From Mogibacterium kristiansenii (GTDB lineage Bacteria; Bacillota; Clostridia; Peptostreptococcales; Anaerovoracaceae), in the NCBI RefSeq assembly GCF_009695905.1, contig NZ_VUNA01000013.1:24750-48749 (forward strand): a DNA stretch of 24,000 bases, read 5' to 3'. Numbering within the stretch: position 1 is the stretch's first letter; each line of letters begins with the position of its first letter. A program made the translations under genes and the position numbers. The notes beneath the pieces were generated by a model, which was not told the DNA's origin, did not search any database, and saw nothing but the letters and a program-made list of their open reading frames with translations. Positions 15,165 to 24,000 of the stretch are shown here, piece after piece.

Positions 15165-16835
15165 TTAAGACAATCCGATGATGGTGCCGTCGGACAGGAT
15201 ATCCATTCCGTTGGCTGCCGGAACCTTCGGCAGACCCGGCATGGTCATGATGGATCCGGTGAGCGCCACGATGAATCCGGCGCCGGCAGATACTTTTACC
15301 TCCCGAACGGTGATTCGGAAGTTCTTCGGTGCACCCAGCTTCTTCGGGTCATCGGTGAAAGAATACTGTGTCTTTGCCACGCAGATCGGCAGGCGGTCCA
15401 GGCCAAGCTTCTCCAGCTCCCGAACCTGCTTCAGAGCATCTGCGGTGAAGTCCACGCCATCCGCGCCGTAGATTTCAGTCGCGATGGTGTTCATTTTATC
15501 TTCGATGGAATCGTTCACATCATACAGCGTGTGGAAATCGGATTTCTGATTCTCGCAGATGTTGATGACTTCCTTTGCCAGCTCCATTCCGCCTTCGCTG
15601 CCCTTTGCAAATACTTCGGACAGAACCACGTCGATACCCTTCTCCTTGCACAGGTCTCTCAGCAGTTCCAGCTCGGCTTCCGTATCGGTTGGGAAACGGT
15701 TGATGGCAACCACTGCCGGAACACCGTATTTTGCCACGTTGTCCAGGTGGCGAAGCAGGTTCGCCGATCCGGCTTTCAGTGCATCCAGGTTTTCCTCTGC
15801 CAGATTGTCTTTTGCCACGCCGCCGTTCATCTTCAGCGCACGAACCGTTGCCACGATTACCGCAACATCCGGCTTCAGTCCGGCATACCGGCACTTGATA
15901 TCGAAGAATTTCTCCGCACCCAGGTCCGCACCGAATCCGGCCTCGGTGACCACGTAATCGCCCAGCTTCAGTGCTGTCTGCGTTGCCATAACGGAGTTGC
16001 AGCCGTGAGCGATATTGGCAAAAGGTCCGCCGTGAATAATAGCCGGTGTGTTTTCCAGTGTCTGTACCAGGTTCGGCTTAATGGCATCCTTCAGAAGCAG
16101 TGCCATCGCACCGGTCGCCTGCAGGTCGCCGGCGGTTACCGCTTCACCCTTGCTGTTGTATGCAACCACCATTCTGGACAGGCGCGCCTTCAAATCCTCG
16201 ATGTCCGTTGCCAGGCACAGAATTGCCATGATTTCGGAAGCCACGGTAATATCGAATCCGCTCTCCCGCATCACGCCGTCGCCCTTCTTGCCCAGGCCAA
16301 CGATGATGTGGCGCAGGGAACGGTCGTTCATATCCATTACTCGCTTCCACACGATTTTCTTCGTTACGATATCCAGCGCATTTCCCTGGTGGATGTGGTT
16401 ATCCAGCATTGCCGCCAACAGGTTGTGTGCCGAAGTGATGGCATGGAAATCCCCGGTAAAATGCAGGTTGATATCATCCATCGGTACCACCTGGGAATAT
16501 CCGCCGCCGGCAGCGCCGCCCTTAATGCCGAAGCACGGTCCCAGAGACGGCTCTCTCAGCGTGGTAATGGTCTTCTTTCCCAGCTTGTTCAGCGCCATAG
16601 ACAGTCCCACGTTCGTGGTGGTCTTTCCTTCTCCGGCCGGAGTCGGGTTGATGGCGGTTACCAGCACCAGTTTTCCGTTGGGACGGTCCTTCAGCCGCTC
16701 CAACACATCCGGGCTGATTTTCGCCTTATATTTTCCATACAGCTCCAATTCATCATCCGAAATATCCAACTGGGATGCGACCTCCACAATTGGTTTCATC
16801 TGCGCTTCCTGTGCAATCTGTACGTCTGTCTTCAT
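15165..16835 (-). CDS. fhs: formate--tetrahydrofolate ligase
   Basis: 556 aa with an FTHFS signature N-terminus ([13 protein letters not shown]...LYGKYKAKI) and P-loop ([10 protein letters not shown]). The length is canonical. GGAGG lies upstream. Confidence 0.96.
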   Translation of the reverse strand: MKTDVQIAQEAQMKPIVEVASQLDISDDELELYGKYKAKISPDVLERLKDRPNGKLVLVTAINPTPAGEGKTTTNVGLSMALNKLGKKTITTLREPSLGPCFGIKGGAAGGGYSQVVPMDDINLHFTGDFHAITSAHNLLAAMLDNHIHQGNALDIVTKKIVWKRVMDMNDRSLRHIIVGLGKKGDGVMRESGFDITVASEIMAILCLATDIEDLKARLSRMVVAYNSKGEAVTAGDLQATGAMALLLKDAIKPNLVQTLENTPAIIHGGPFANIAHGCNSVMATQTALKLGDYVVTEAGFGADLGAEKFFDIKCRYAGLKPDVAVIVATVRALKMNGGVAKDNLAEENLDALKAGSANLLRHLDNVAKYGVPAVVAINRFPTDTEAELELLRDLCKEKGIDVVLSEVFAKGSEGGMELAKEVINICENQKSDFHTLYDVNDSIEDKMNTIATEIYGADGVDFTADALKQVRELEKLGLDRLPICVAKTQYSFTDDPKKLGAPKNFRITVREVKVSAGAGFIVALTGSIMTMPGLPKVPAANGMDILSDGTIIGLS

Positions 16836-17110
16836 TTAAAACCTCCTAGATTCAATCATATAAGTCCTACGCTTATTGTAGCAAAACATGTTATATCATT
16901 CAATATAGCCGTCAATTGTTACTATACTAAACAAATTTATAACGTTATTCTAAAAGAAAAAGTTCTTCATTTTTTCTCGGAGATTGCCTTTTCGTATGCG
17001 AGTCCATTCAGTGTTCGCTTATATAGTAGCCTGGGTCAAAAAGTGTGATTCTAACTGCATTAGTTAAAATTTACGTGTGCAATCTTATATGTCTAGAAAT
17101 TTGAAGGCAC

Positions 17111-17349
17111 TTCACGCTTTTTGACAGAAAACGCGGATTCAGCGTGAACGTAATTCGCGGCTTTTGTAAGATTCTAATTTTGGAACGACAGATTTCCACT
17201 GGCGATTCACGCAAAAATAAGGATTCCCTCCCCAAAAGCGTGAACTTTTTTTAAAGGATGATTTGAACGGAGAAAATTACACGACAAAATCGTGTATAAC
17301 AAAAAAATATGTTCACGCTGATTTGCAAAAATTATAAAAACAGCGTGAA
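17111..17349. repeat. three copies of an 8-bp inverted repeat, TTCACGCT-N22/23-AGCGTGAA
   Basis: Unit 1: TTCACGCT 17111-17118 and AGCGTGAA 17141-17148. Unit 2: TTCACGCA 17206-17213 and AGCGTGAA 17237-17244. Unit 3: TTCACGCT 17312-17319 and AGCGTGAA 17342-17349. Spacers are 22, 23 and 22 nt with no mutual similarity. Unit starts are 95 and 106 bp apart. Confidence 0.85.
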
Positions 17350-17420
17350 GTCGCCCTGAAAATCTAGGCATATTTTATTATATCAGATTGATAAATTCTA
17401 ATTATCGATTGATGAGATTT

Positions 17421-17780
17421 TTACTGTTTTCCTCTATTCTCTACATCTTCATTTAATACATTTTCTGCGAATTTGACAGACTCTAAGATGTTGCTTTCCC
17501 TGCATTTTTCAGGGAACTTATCAGCAAGATTCTTATATGCTTGCAAAAGTTCTCGACTTCGGGTTCGCTCTGCCAGATTATCAATTATTTCACTAATCCA
17601 ACTAAGTTCTTCCGCAGTACATTCATTCTGAAGGAACGAGATTGTCGCATCAACATCTTCACTTAGCATCTCTATTTCTTCGTTCCAGCATTTTTCGATT
17701 CCAAATAACCATTCATCACAACATTCTGCTGCAATTCTGCTTCTCTCTCGAATAATTTCTTTGAATTTTCCTATCTTCAT
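17421..17780 (-). CDS. hypothetical small acidic protein, probably all-helical
   Basis: I prefer the start at 17780 (MKIGKFKEII) because GGTGGAGAAGG sits 4 nt upstream. The track's longer N-terminus is Arg-rich junk that overlaps a terminator hairpin. The gene is low in GC relative to its neighbours. No domain recognised. Confidence 0.6.
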   Translation of the reverse strand: MKIGKFKEIIRERSRIAAECCDEWLFGIEKCWNEEIEMLSEDVDATISFLQNECTAEELSWISEIIDNLAERTRSRELLQAYKNLADKFPEKCRESNILESVKFAENVLNEDVENRGKQ

Positions 17781-17870
17781 TTTCCTTCTCCACCTTTCTT
17801 GTGTTTCTCCCGCCAACATAGTCCGGACTTTCCCTGACTGTCGTCTTATTTGCTTACGCCTAGGAACAAA

Positions 17871-17914
17871 AAACCTGCATCCGGAAAGCAATCTCAGCTA
17901 AACGGTGCAGGTTT
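17871..17914 (-). terminator. probable terminator after the PBP gene
   Basis: The minus strand has AAACCTGCA paired with TGCAGGTTT (9 bp, plus a 3-bp extension with one bulge), followed by TTTGTTCC. The loop is long (about 19-26 nt), so confidence is moderate. Confidence 0.5.
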
Positions 17915-17952
17915 GTTGGTTGTGAACCCTCTAGTAAAAGTGAAAAATCTTT

Positions 17953-19302
17953 TTATTCACTGTCATTATTGCTGATAATCCGATTCAGCACGTCCTTCGC
18001 CACCGGTCCCGCCGATGCGTACCCGGTGCCGCCGTTTTTGATCCATACCACGAAGGCCAACGGATAATCCTCATTATCGATGAATCCCACGAACCAGCCG
18101 TCTTCGCCGCTGCCGGTTTCCGCGGTACCGGACTTGGCATAGAGATCCAACCCGTAGAAATTGGACTCCCCGTAGGTTACTTTTACGTTGTTCTTCATCA
18201 TGGAGCGCAGCTCATCGGCGGTTTCGGAACTGATGTATTCTCCCAGGGATTTGCCGGATTTGCCGGCGGACAGGAAGCTGGAGGATTTCATCAGCTTCGG
18301 CTGGACCGGCTCGCCGCCGTTGGCGATGGCGCCCATGTACACCATCATGGCGCACGGGTTCACCTGGTCATCGTACTGTCCGATGCCTGCCCAGCTCAAG
18401 TTCACCTCGTTGTCCTCCGGAAAAGTGAAGGAACCCGCTTGAGTCTTGATTCCGTCCACATCCACGGATTTGGTCAGTCCCACTTTCTGAGTGGTGGTGG
18501 AAAGGTTTGCGGCACCCACCTCCCGGGCTAGTTTTCCGAAGGCGCCGTTGCAGGATACCGCAAGGGCCTGGCGGAAGTTCACCGTACCGTGAGCCGAGGT
18601 GCAGGTGATATCATCTTTATTGTATCGATTCTTTCCGTCGCAGGTGAATCGGAAGGAATCCACGTCCACGCCGGACTCTAAGGCGGACGCCGCCGTCACC
18701 AACTTGAAGGTGGATCCCGGTGTCATGGCCCCCTGCAGGAAATTGTTGAAATAGATGGAGTCTCCGCTGTCATTTCCGCTTTGATCCAGCTCCGGATCGA
18801 AGGCCGGCGTACTCACCATGCACAGAATCTCTCCGGTCTTGTAGTTATAGACACCCACCGTACCGGTCTTGCCGGAAAGCCGTTCATAGGCCGTCCGGTT
18901 GGCTTCCGCATCGATGGTCAGCGTGATTTCCTTACCCTCTGCCGAGGTGTCGTAGGTTCCGTTCAGCAAATCGTATCCGATTAGGTCCCCGCTCCACATG
19001 TTGATGGCACCGGTGGCCACATTTCCGGCCGGATCGCCCACCGTATGCACGGTAGCTTTCCGAAGCTCCGAGTCGTCGGAATAGTGTGTACCGTCCTTAT
19101 CGCACTTCAGAAGCTGCGTCCCGTGGCGGTCATAGATGGTTCCTCGGTTCAGGTTTCCATCCACGTAGATCTGCAGATTTCCGGAGAAGCTGGCCCAGGT
19201 CTTTCCCTGAGTCACAAAACGCCACACGAACACCCCGGTCCCCAGGAACAGGACCGCTGCCAGAAGCAGACATATTGTTGCACGTCTTTCTACTTTACGC
19301 AT
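17953..19302 (-). CDS. class B penicillin-binding protein (PbpA/FtsI-type D,D-transpeptidase)
   Basis: 449 aa with an N-terminal TM anchor. The transpeptidase triad is present: STFK (PGSTFKLV), SCN (AVSCNGAF) and KSGT (AKSGTAE). GAGGAG lies 6 nt upstream of the ATG. Confidence 0.9.
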   Translation of the reverse strand: MRKVERRATICLLLAAVLFLGTGVFVWRFVTQGKTWASFSGNLQIYVDGNLNRGTIYDRHGTQLLKCDKDGTHYSDDSELRKATVHTVGDPAGNVATGAINMWSGDLIGYDLLNGTYDTSAEGKEITLTIDAEANRTAYERLSGKTGTVGVYNYKTGEILCMVSTPAFDPELDQSGNDSGDSIYFNNFLQGAMTPGSTFKLVTAASALESGVDVDSFRFTCDGKNRYNKDDITCTSAHGTVNFRQALAVSCNGAFGKLAREVGAANLSTTTQKVGLTKSVDVDGIKTQAGSFTFPEDNEVNLSWAGIGQYDDQVNPCAMMVYMGAIANGGEPVQPKLMKSSSFLSAGKSGKSLGEYISSETADELRSMMKNNVKVTYGESNFYGLDLYAKSGTAETGSGEDGWFVGFIDNEDYPLAFVVWIKNGGTGYASAGPVAKDVLNRIISNNDSE

Positions 19303-19340
19303 GGATAGCTCCTCTTCTTTCTATCGGTCCTCCGGCCGTC

Positions 19341-21125
19341 TCACATCTCTTCTGCGTCCTCATCGGTCTCCTCCGCGTAATCCTGCAGAGATACTTTTAC
19401 CTTAGAACGTTTTATGGCGATGCTGGCATCCTTCCGCATATCCGCCGCTTTAAAGAATGCCAATATGGCCCATGAGGCCATCATACTGGTACCTCCTGCC
19501 GACACGAACGGGAAGGTGACACCGGTAAGCGGAAACAAATCCACCGCACCGAACACGTTCAGCATGGTCTGGAACAGGAAGAACGTGGACGCGCCGCAGG
19601 CCCCGATGGTGTAGAAGGTGGACCGTCCGGCCACGATGGAATTCACCGCAAAGAGGCACAGGGTGATGATGCACACGATCAGCAGCAGGGCGATGATCAA
19701 TCCCCACTCTTCCGTCACCATTCCGAATACCAGGTCCGTATTGGAGGCGCCCACTGTTTTCAGATATCCGTTTCCGGCGCCCTGTCCCAGAAGTCCGCCT
19801 CCGGCACTGTAGCACATGGTTCGAACCTGCTGGTATCCTTTGTCCGCCGGATCGTCCCACACATGTCCCCAGATGGAAAACCGGTTGGCGATATACGGCA
19901 TAAAACGAAGAATCATCAATCCCATGATTCCGGCACCGACTCCGGTGAGAATCAGCCGGGACAGATCGCCGCTTCGCAGGAAGGATACCACCAGAAATGT
20001 GACGAAGAAAATCAGTGCTGTACCAAAGTCTCCCATCACCGCCAGGCATCCCAGGCAGTAGAAGGAAAACAGCACGTACTGCATCAGGTTCTTCTTCTGG
20101 AACAGCTCTTCCAGAGTGGCGGCTCCCACCAGAACGAAGACGATTTTCACCAGCTCTGACGGCTGAAAACCGAAGTTCCCGATATACACCCAGTTGGCGG
20201 CACCGTACTTAATCTGGCCGCACACCAGGTTGAAGGCCAGCAGAAGCACCGATGCCACTGCCATGATGGGACGAATCCGCTCCGTCCGATCCAAATCCCG
20301 AAGGAAGAGGCAGATGACGAAGAACATCAGCAGGCCGATGACAACGGATACGAACTGCGTGAACGTTCGCTCCGGCTCCGAGGATGCGGTAATCGCCAGG
20401 CTGATGGTGGACATAAAAAAAGCGATCAGCTCAATCTCAAAACCCTTTCGCCCCATCGCCTTTCCGGTGAGGATATACACCCACATCACCACACCCAGCA
20501 GCAAAATGGAAAGAAGGGCGGTCACCGTCACTTTCGTCCCCATTCCCAGAATCAGCTGCACCACAGCGAGAATCTGAAATGCCGTAATTCCCAGCATCGC
20601 CGACCACGGTGACAGCGGTTCTTTATCCATCAGCCGAAGTTCTTCGTTGTTGCGAGTTTCCTCCAAGCTGATCGAGGCCAAGGTCGTACGCACCCCGCCC
20701 AGGGTGATTTTGTCCCCCGGCTCAATCATGTACCGCCTTCCGGGCACCAGCTTCCAATCGTTCACCACCGTTCCGTTGGTAGACCCCAGGTCCTTGATCA
20801 TCCACTTCTCGTCCGATTGTCGGATCAGCAAAGCCTGGCTCTTGGAGACGGTTTTGTCCTTAATTCGAAGATCCACGGAGGAGGATCGGCCGATGATGTT
20901 TTCCCAATGGGTGATGGGAATGCCTTCTCCCCCTTCCACGTGGAGATACCCCCATACCTCCGGCGTGGCTCTGGTAGACAGCAATGAAATGATGCACATC
21001 AACAGAATCCACACCGCCAGCAGTACGAACACCCACCGGAGTCCGGTGGTGATGTACTTCGCCGTTTCGGGATGGGAATTCGCCAGAGATAATATTGAAT
21101 TCACAATGCCATTGATGGTATCCAA
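19341..21125 (-). CDS. FHA domain fused to a SEDS-family (FtsW/RodA/SpoVE) peptidoglycan polymerase
   Basis: 594 aa with one N-terminal TM helix. The FHA domain follows (IIGRSSSVDLRI...VSKSQALL...DLGSTNGTVVN...GDKITLGG). A multi-pass SEDS core follows (GFQPSELVKI, FPLTGVTFPFVSAGGTSM). The start codon is TTG at 21125, with GAGGGAG 6 nt upstream. Confidence 0.88.
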   Translation of the reverse strand: MDTINGIVNSILSLANSHPETAKYITTGLRWVFVLLAVWILLMCIISLLSTRATPEVWGYLHVEGGEGIPITHWENIIGRSSSVDLRIKDKTVSKSQALLIRQSDEKWMIKDLGSTNGTVVNDWKLVPGRRYMIEPGDKITLGGVRTTLASISLEETRNNEELRLMDKEPLSPWSAMLGITAFQILAVVQLILGMGTKVTVTALLSILLLGVVMWVYILTGKAMGRKGFEIELIAFFMSTISLAITASSEPERTFTQFVSVVIGLLMFFVICLFLRDLDRTERIRPIMAVASVLLLAFNLVCGQIKYGAANWVYIGNFGFQPSELVKIVFVLVGAATLEELFQKKNLMQYVLFSFYCLGCLAVMGDFGTALIFFVTFLVVSFLRSGDLSRLILTGVGAGIMGLMILRFMPYIANRFSIWGHVWDDPADKGYQQVRTMCYSAGGGLLGQGAGNGYLKTVGASNTDLVFGMVTEEWGLIIALLLIVCIITLCLFAVNSIVAGRSTFYTIGACGASTFFLFQTMLNVFGAVDLFPLTGVTFPFVSAGGTSMMASWAILAFFKAADMRKDASIAIKRSKVKVSLQDYAEETDEDAEEM

Positions 21126-21146
21126 TGTTTTCTCCCTCTGTCTGTA

Positions 21147-22805
21147 CTACTTCTTCCAGGAGCTCTTCAGACCTACGATGCTGTTAAATACCTTCTCATC
21201 CTCGGTAGTCAGCTTCCTGTCTGCAATATAATATCCCTTCCGGAAGAACTGGAATCGGTCTTCCGGCTTTGCCTCCTTGATGGACGGCTCTGCATAACCC
21301 CAAGTGTCGCGGAGGGAATCCTCGTTGAATACGGAATTTCCTTCCTCGTCCTCAATCATCATGTAATCGTACTCCCGAATTCGGATCCGAACCGCGGTAC
21401 TGGCCTCCACAAAGTGGATGGTACCCTTCACCTTCCGGCCGTCCGGTGCGTCTCCGCCGCGGGTTTCCGGATCGTAGGTGCAATGCAGCTCCCGAATGGA
21501 TCCATCTTCGTTCTTAATCACTTCATTGCAGGTAATGTAGTATGCACCCTTGAAGCGAACTTCATTTCCCGGGAAGAGACGGAAATACTTCTTTACCGGT
21601 ACTTCCATAAAATCATCTCCGTCAATCCACAGTTCCCGGCCGAACGGAACCTCTCGCTCACCCAGCTCCGGAACCTTCCGGTTATTTTCTACGGTGCACA
21701 TTTCAATCTGACCCTCCGGATAGTTGGTGATTACCACCTTAATCGGGTTGGTCACTACGTGCACGGCCGGCACTTTATCCTGCAGATCGTCCCGGACTGC
21801 GGCTTCCAGCTGCGCAATATCCACGGTGGAGTTGGCTTTCGCCACACCGATTTCGTCGCAGAACGCCCGAACCGCTTCCGGCGTATATCCTCTCCGGCGG
21901 ATGCCGGCGATGGTTGGCATCCGAGGATCGTCCCAACCGTCTACATGACCTTCGTCCACCATTCTCTTGAGATACCGCTTGCTCATCAGGGTGTGGGTGA
22001 TGTTCAGACGAGCGAACTCAATCTGACGCGGCGGATTCGGCCACAGACCCACTTCCTGCAGCACCCAGTCGTACAGCGGACGGTGATCCTCAAACTCCAA
22101 AGTACAGATGGAATGGGTAATGCCCTCAATGGCATCTTCAATCGGATGAGCAAAATCGTACATCGGATAGATGCACCACTTGTCCCCCGTATTGTGGTGG
22201 GTCACGTGAGCTACCCGGTAGATAATCGGATCTCTCATGTTGATGTTCGGGGATGCCATATCAATCTTGGCACGGAGAACCGCTTCTCCGTCACCGAACT
22301 CTCCGTCCTTCATGCGCCGGAACAGCTCCATGTTCTCTTCCACGCTTCTGTTCCGATATGGGCTCTCTTTTCCCGGCTCCGTTAGGGTTCCACGGTATTC
22401 CTTCATCTGCTCTGCCGTCAGGTGGCACACATAGGCCTTTCCTTTCTGAATCAAAGACACTGCGGCTTCATACATCTGATCGAAATAATCCGATGCCCAC
22501 AGTCTCTTGTTCCACTGGAATCCCAACCAGTGTACATCCTCCTCGATGGCGTCCACGTATTCCGTATCTTCCTTGACCGGGTTGGTGTCGTCATAACGAA
22601 GGTTGCAGGTTCCGCCGTACTTCAGTGCGGTTCCGAAGTTCAAGCACAGGGATTTGGCATGTCCGATGTGGAGATAGCCGTTTGGTTCCGGTGGAAAACG
22701 AGTGGCGATATGATCCCACTTTCCGGTTTCCAGGTCGTTATCGATGATGTCGTGGATAAAATTCCCTCTCATCTCTTTGTATTCGTTCGTTTTTTCGTTA
22801 CTCAT
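21147..22805 (-). CDS. glnS: glutamine--tRNA ligase
   Basis: Class I aaRS HIGH motif in a GlnRS context ([17 protein letters not shown]) and the KMSKS variant (LMSKR). The C-terminal anticodon-binding beta-barrels are present. I prefer the ATG at 22805 (GGAGG 5 nt upstream) over the TTG at 22817. Confidence 0.95.
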   Translation of the reverse strand: MSNEKTNEYKEMRGNFIHDIIDNDLETGKWDHIATRFPPEPNGYLHIGHAKSLCLNFGTALKYGGTCNLRYDDTNPVKEDTEYVDAIEEDVHWLGFQWNKRLWASDYFDQMYEAAVSLIQKGKAYVCHLTAEQMKEYRGTLTEPGKESPYRNRSVEENMELFRRMKDGEFGDGEAVLRAKIDMASPNINMRDPIIYRVAHVTHHNTGDKWCIYPMYDFAHPIEDAIEGITHSICTLEFEDHRPLYDWVLQEVGLWPNPPRQIEFARLNITHTLMSKRYLKRMVDEGHVDGWDDPRMPTIAGIRRRGYTPEAVRAFCDEIGVAKANSTVDIAQLEAAVRDDLQDKVPAVHVVTNPIKVVITNYPEGQIEMCTVENNRKVPELGEREVPFGRELWIDGDDFMEVPVKKYFRLFPGNEVRFKGAYYITCNEVIKNEDGSIRELHCTYDPETRGGDAPDGRKVKGTIHFVEASTAVRIRIREYDYMMIEDEEGNSVFNEDSLRDTWGYAEPSIKEAKPEDRFQFFRKGYYIADRKLTTEDEKVFNSIVGLKSSWKK

Positions 22806-22839
22806 TCCAGCCTCCAAATAATTAATACACTTATTTGTG

Positions 22840-22868
22840 ATTATAGCACAATGGGAAATTTTCTACAA
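22840..22868 (-). promoter_or_regulatory. sigma-70-type promoter (extended -10) of glnS
   Basis: Minus strand: TTGTAG (22863-22868), 17-nt spacer ending in TGC, TATAAT (22840-22845), about 30 nt upstream of the glnS SD. Confidence 0.65.
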
Positions 22869-22925
22869 TCAGCGTAATGCAATTCCGGGCTCGACAAACC
22901 GCCGAACCCGGATATGAAAATGCCC

Positions 22926-24000
22926 CTATATATCCGTCCTTGACAGAATTTCCGCCGGCGTTTTCCGAAGGGTTCGGAATACCGGAAGGAGCCCTGCCAG
23001 CAGGTTGAACAGCACCAGCACGCCGAAGGACAGGAGCGCAATGCCCGGGTTCACCACATACTGGTTGGCAATGTAATCGATTCCCTGCATCAAATTGTAC
23101 AGAAGGTAATACGCCGCCCCGATGCCCGGCACCGCTGTCAGCACGGTGATTACCAGAATTTCTCCGGTGAACATGCGGTAAATATCCCGCTTCTTCAGCC
23201 CGATGGCCCGCAAAGTGCCCACTTCCTTGATTCGGGACAAGAAGGAGGATCGAAGCATCAGGAAGATTTCAATGAGAGAAATCAGCAAAATGATTCCCGC
23301 CACTACCAGCGCGGAGCGCAGGTTGTCCCGGTGCTTTCGCATGTAATCGGTGCGGTCCCGCTCGTAATTTATTTTTGCGGAATAGCCCTCTTCCTGCAGC
23401 GTGGTCAGCGTCCCATAGGTGTCGGTGGTGTATACCGAACAAACCTTTTGTTTTGCAATGTAATTCTGCCGAACCGTATCCTTGCTCACGTAGACGATAT
23501 CGTTCTGGTAATCGCTGGTGTAGAATCCCACCAATTTCAGCTTGTGCCCGTTCACCTTTCGGTTGAGGGTCTTGCCGATGGTATACCCGTCCTCGCCGTT
23601 GTGGGAATTGTTCACCACCGCCTCATAGGTATTCTTCGGTGCGGACCCCTTCTTAATCCGAAGAGCCGAAGAACGCAGGTCGTAATTCACGATGGCATTA
23701 TCCTCTTCGCCGGAAGCCTCTGCGTCCATCTCGTCATCCTCGCCGTAATCCGAAAAATCACTCGCCGTATCATCCGTTCCCTTCTTCGCATTGGACAGCA
23801 CGTCGATGGTTTGACTTGCCGGAATGAAAATGGACGGGGATTTGGTGTCGGAAACGCCCACGATTTCGTAATCCTTCAGGTGCGGAATCTTAATCCGCCG
23901 TCCTATGAATTGTTTTACGGAAGTCAGCCCCACCATGTTGCCCGCTTTGGCTTTGATGAATTTATCCAGAATCATCCGGTCGATGACGATTTCATGTCCC
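22926..24000 (-). CDS. FtsX/MacB-type ABC transporter permease, C-terminal part (open to the window end)
   Basis: The C-terminal FtsX domain has typical TM helices and the loop motif (RIKEVGTLRAIGLKKRDIYRMF). The frame stays open upstream of the track's first Met (23975) to position 24000, so the gene is partial. Confidence 0.85.
   Translation of the reverse strand, partial: GHEIVIDRMILDKFIKAKAGNMVGLTSVKQFIGRRIKIPHLKDYEIVGVSDTKSPSIFIPASQTIDVLSNAKKGTDDTASDFSDYGEDDEMDAEASGEEDNAIVNYDLRSSALRIKKGSAPKNTYEAVVNNSHNGEDGYTIGKTLNRKVNGHKLKLVGFYTSDYQNDIVYVSKDTVRQNYIAKQKVCSVYTTDTYGTLTTLQEEGYSAKINYERDRTDYMRKHRDNLRSALVVAGIILLISLIEIFLMLRSSFLSRIKEVGTLRAIGLKKRDIYRMFTGEILVITVLTAVPGIGAAYYLLYNLMQGIDYIANQYVVNPGIALLSFGVLVLFNLLAGLLPVFRTLRKTPAEILSRTDI

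Noticed and set aside
16950-16970. A mini-ORF, MKNFFF-stop, on the minus strand upstream of fhs, considered as a Phe-rich leader peptide.
   Set aside because: It has no SD (ccgagaaaaaATG) and no adjacent alternative terminator/antiterminator structure. fhs has no known link to Phe-dependent attenuation. It is most likely chance in AT-rich sequence.
14949-17048. A 699-aa plus-strand ORF overlapping fhs.
   Set aside because: It is antisense to a full-length, canonical formate-tetrahydrofolate ligase. It begins inside the regulator gene's 3' end, crosses a 17-bp terminator hairpin, and has no SD or domain.
16836-17110. A ZTP (pfl) or THF riboswitch in the fhs leader.
   Set aside because: I looked on the minus strand for the conserved cores (GGGTCGTGAC...CCGCCTGGGC for ZTP; the THF junction motifs) and found none. 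The only CCTGGG string (tagCCTGGGtc) is on the wrong strand and lacks the CCG context.
16836-17420. A chromosomal replication origin in the AT-rich region.
   Set aside because: There are no DnaA boxes (TTATCCACA/TGTGGATAA or close variants) and no dnaA/dnaN nearby. The repeated 8-mer is unrelated to the DnaA box.
19414-20577. Nested ORFs (64-199 aa, both strands) inside the FHA-SEDS gene.
   Set aside because: These are off-frame or antisense ORFs with Arg/Gly/Pro-rich translations and no SDs. The host frame encodes contiguous SEDS motifs across the whole interval.
22806-22925. A T-box leader upstream of glnS.
   Set aside because: The intergenic region is only ~120 nt. It contains a promoter and a weak hairpin, but no T-box sequence (AGGGTGGTACCGCG-like), no specifier loop and no terminator/antiterminator pair.

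Overview
This window looks like a chromosomal segment from an anaerobic Firmicutes/Clostridia-type genome. That assignment is an inference from gene content only: glycyl-radical enzyme, reverse rubrerythrin, fhs, glnS and an FHA-SEDS fusion. Every protein gene I accept except one is on the minus strand.

Gene order, left to right:
- ribH (partial), ribBA, ribE and ribD, behind a textbook FMN riboswitch.
- A membrane-anchored EndA-like nuclease, a small lipoprotein and an orphan 269-aa protein.
- A membrane-tethered XRE regulator and a Lin0512-like protein.
- A very low-GC scar holding a TnpB remnant and a 5'-truncated flavodoxin-like gene.
- A tRNA-Asn/Leu/fMet operon.
- An operon of glycyl-radical activase, probable 4-hydroxyproline dehydratase (HypD) and proC.
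- A reverse rubrerythrin, divergent from a DtxR/MntR-like repressor.
- fhs, a 585-bp AT-rich intergenic region and a small acidic orphan.
- glnS, then (TTG-start) an FHA-FtsW/RodA fusion, then a class B PBP.
- The C-terminal part of an FtsX-type ABC permease.

The features least explained by ordinary annotation are:
1. Three tandem units of exactly 86 bp (6369-6621). Each is a 10-12 bp GC-rich inverted repeat around a conserved ~32-nt core, and one copy has a pairing-preserving double substitution. The array lies between a terminator and a promoter.
2. Three TTCACGCT-N22/23-AGCGTGAA inverted repeats with unrelated spacers, in the AT-rich region upstream of fhs.
3. The low-GC pseudogene patch beside the tRNA cluster.

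I found no CRISPR array, no intact mobile element and no recognisable defence system. The very long plus-strand ORFs are antisense artefacts. All family assignments come from motif recognition by eye; no searches were run.
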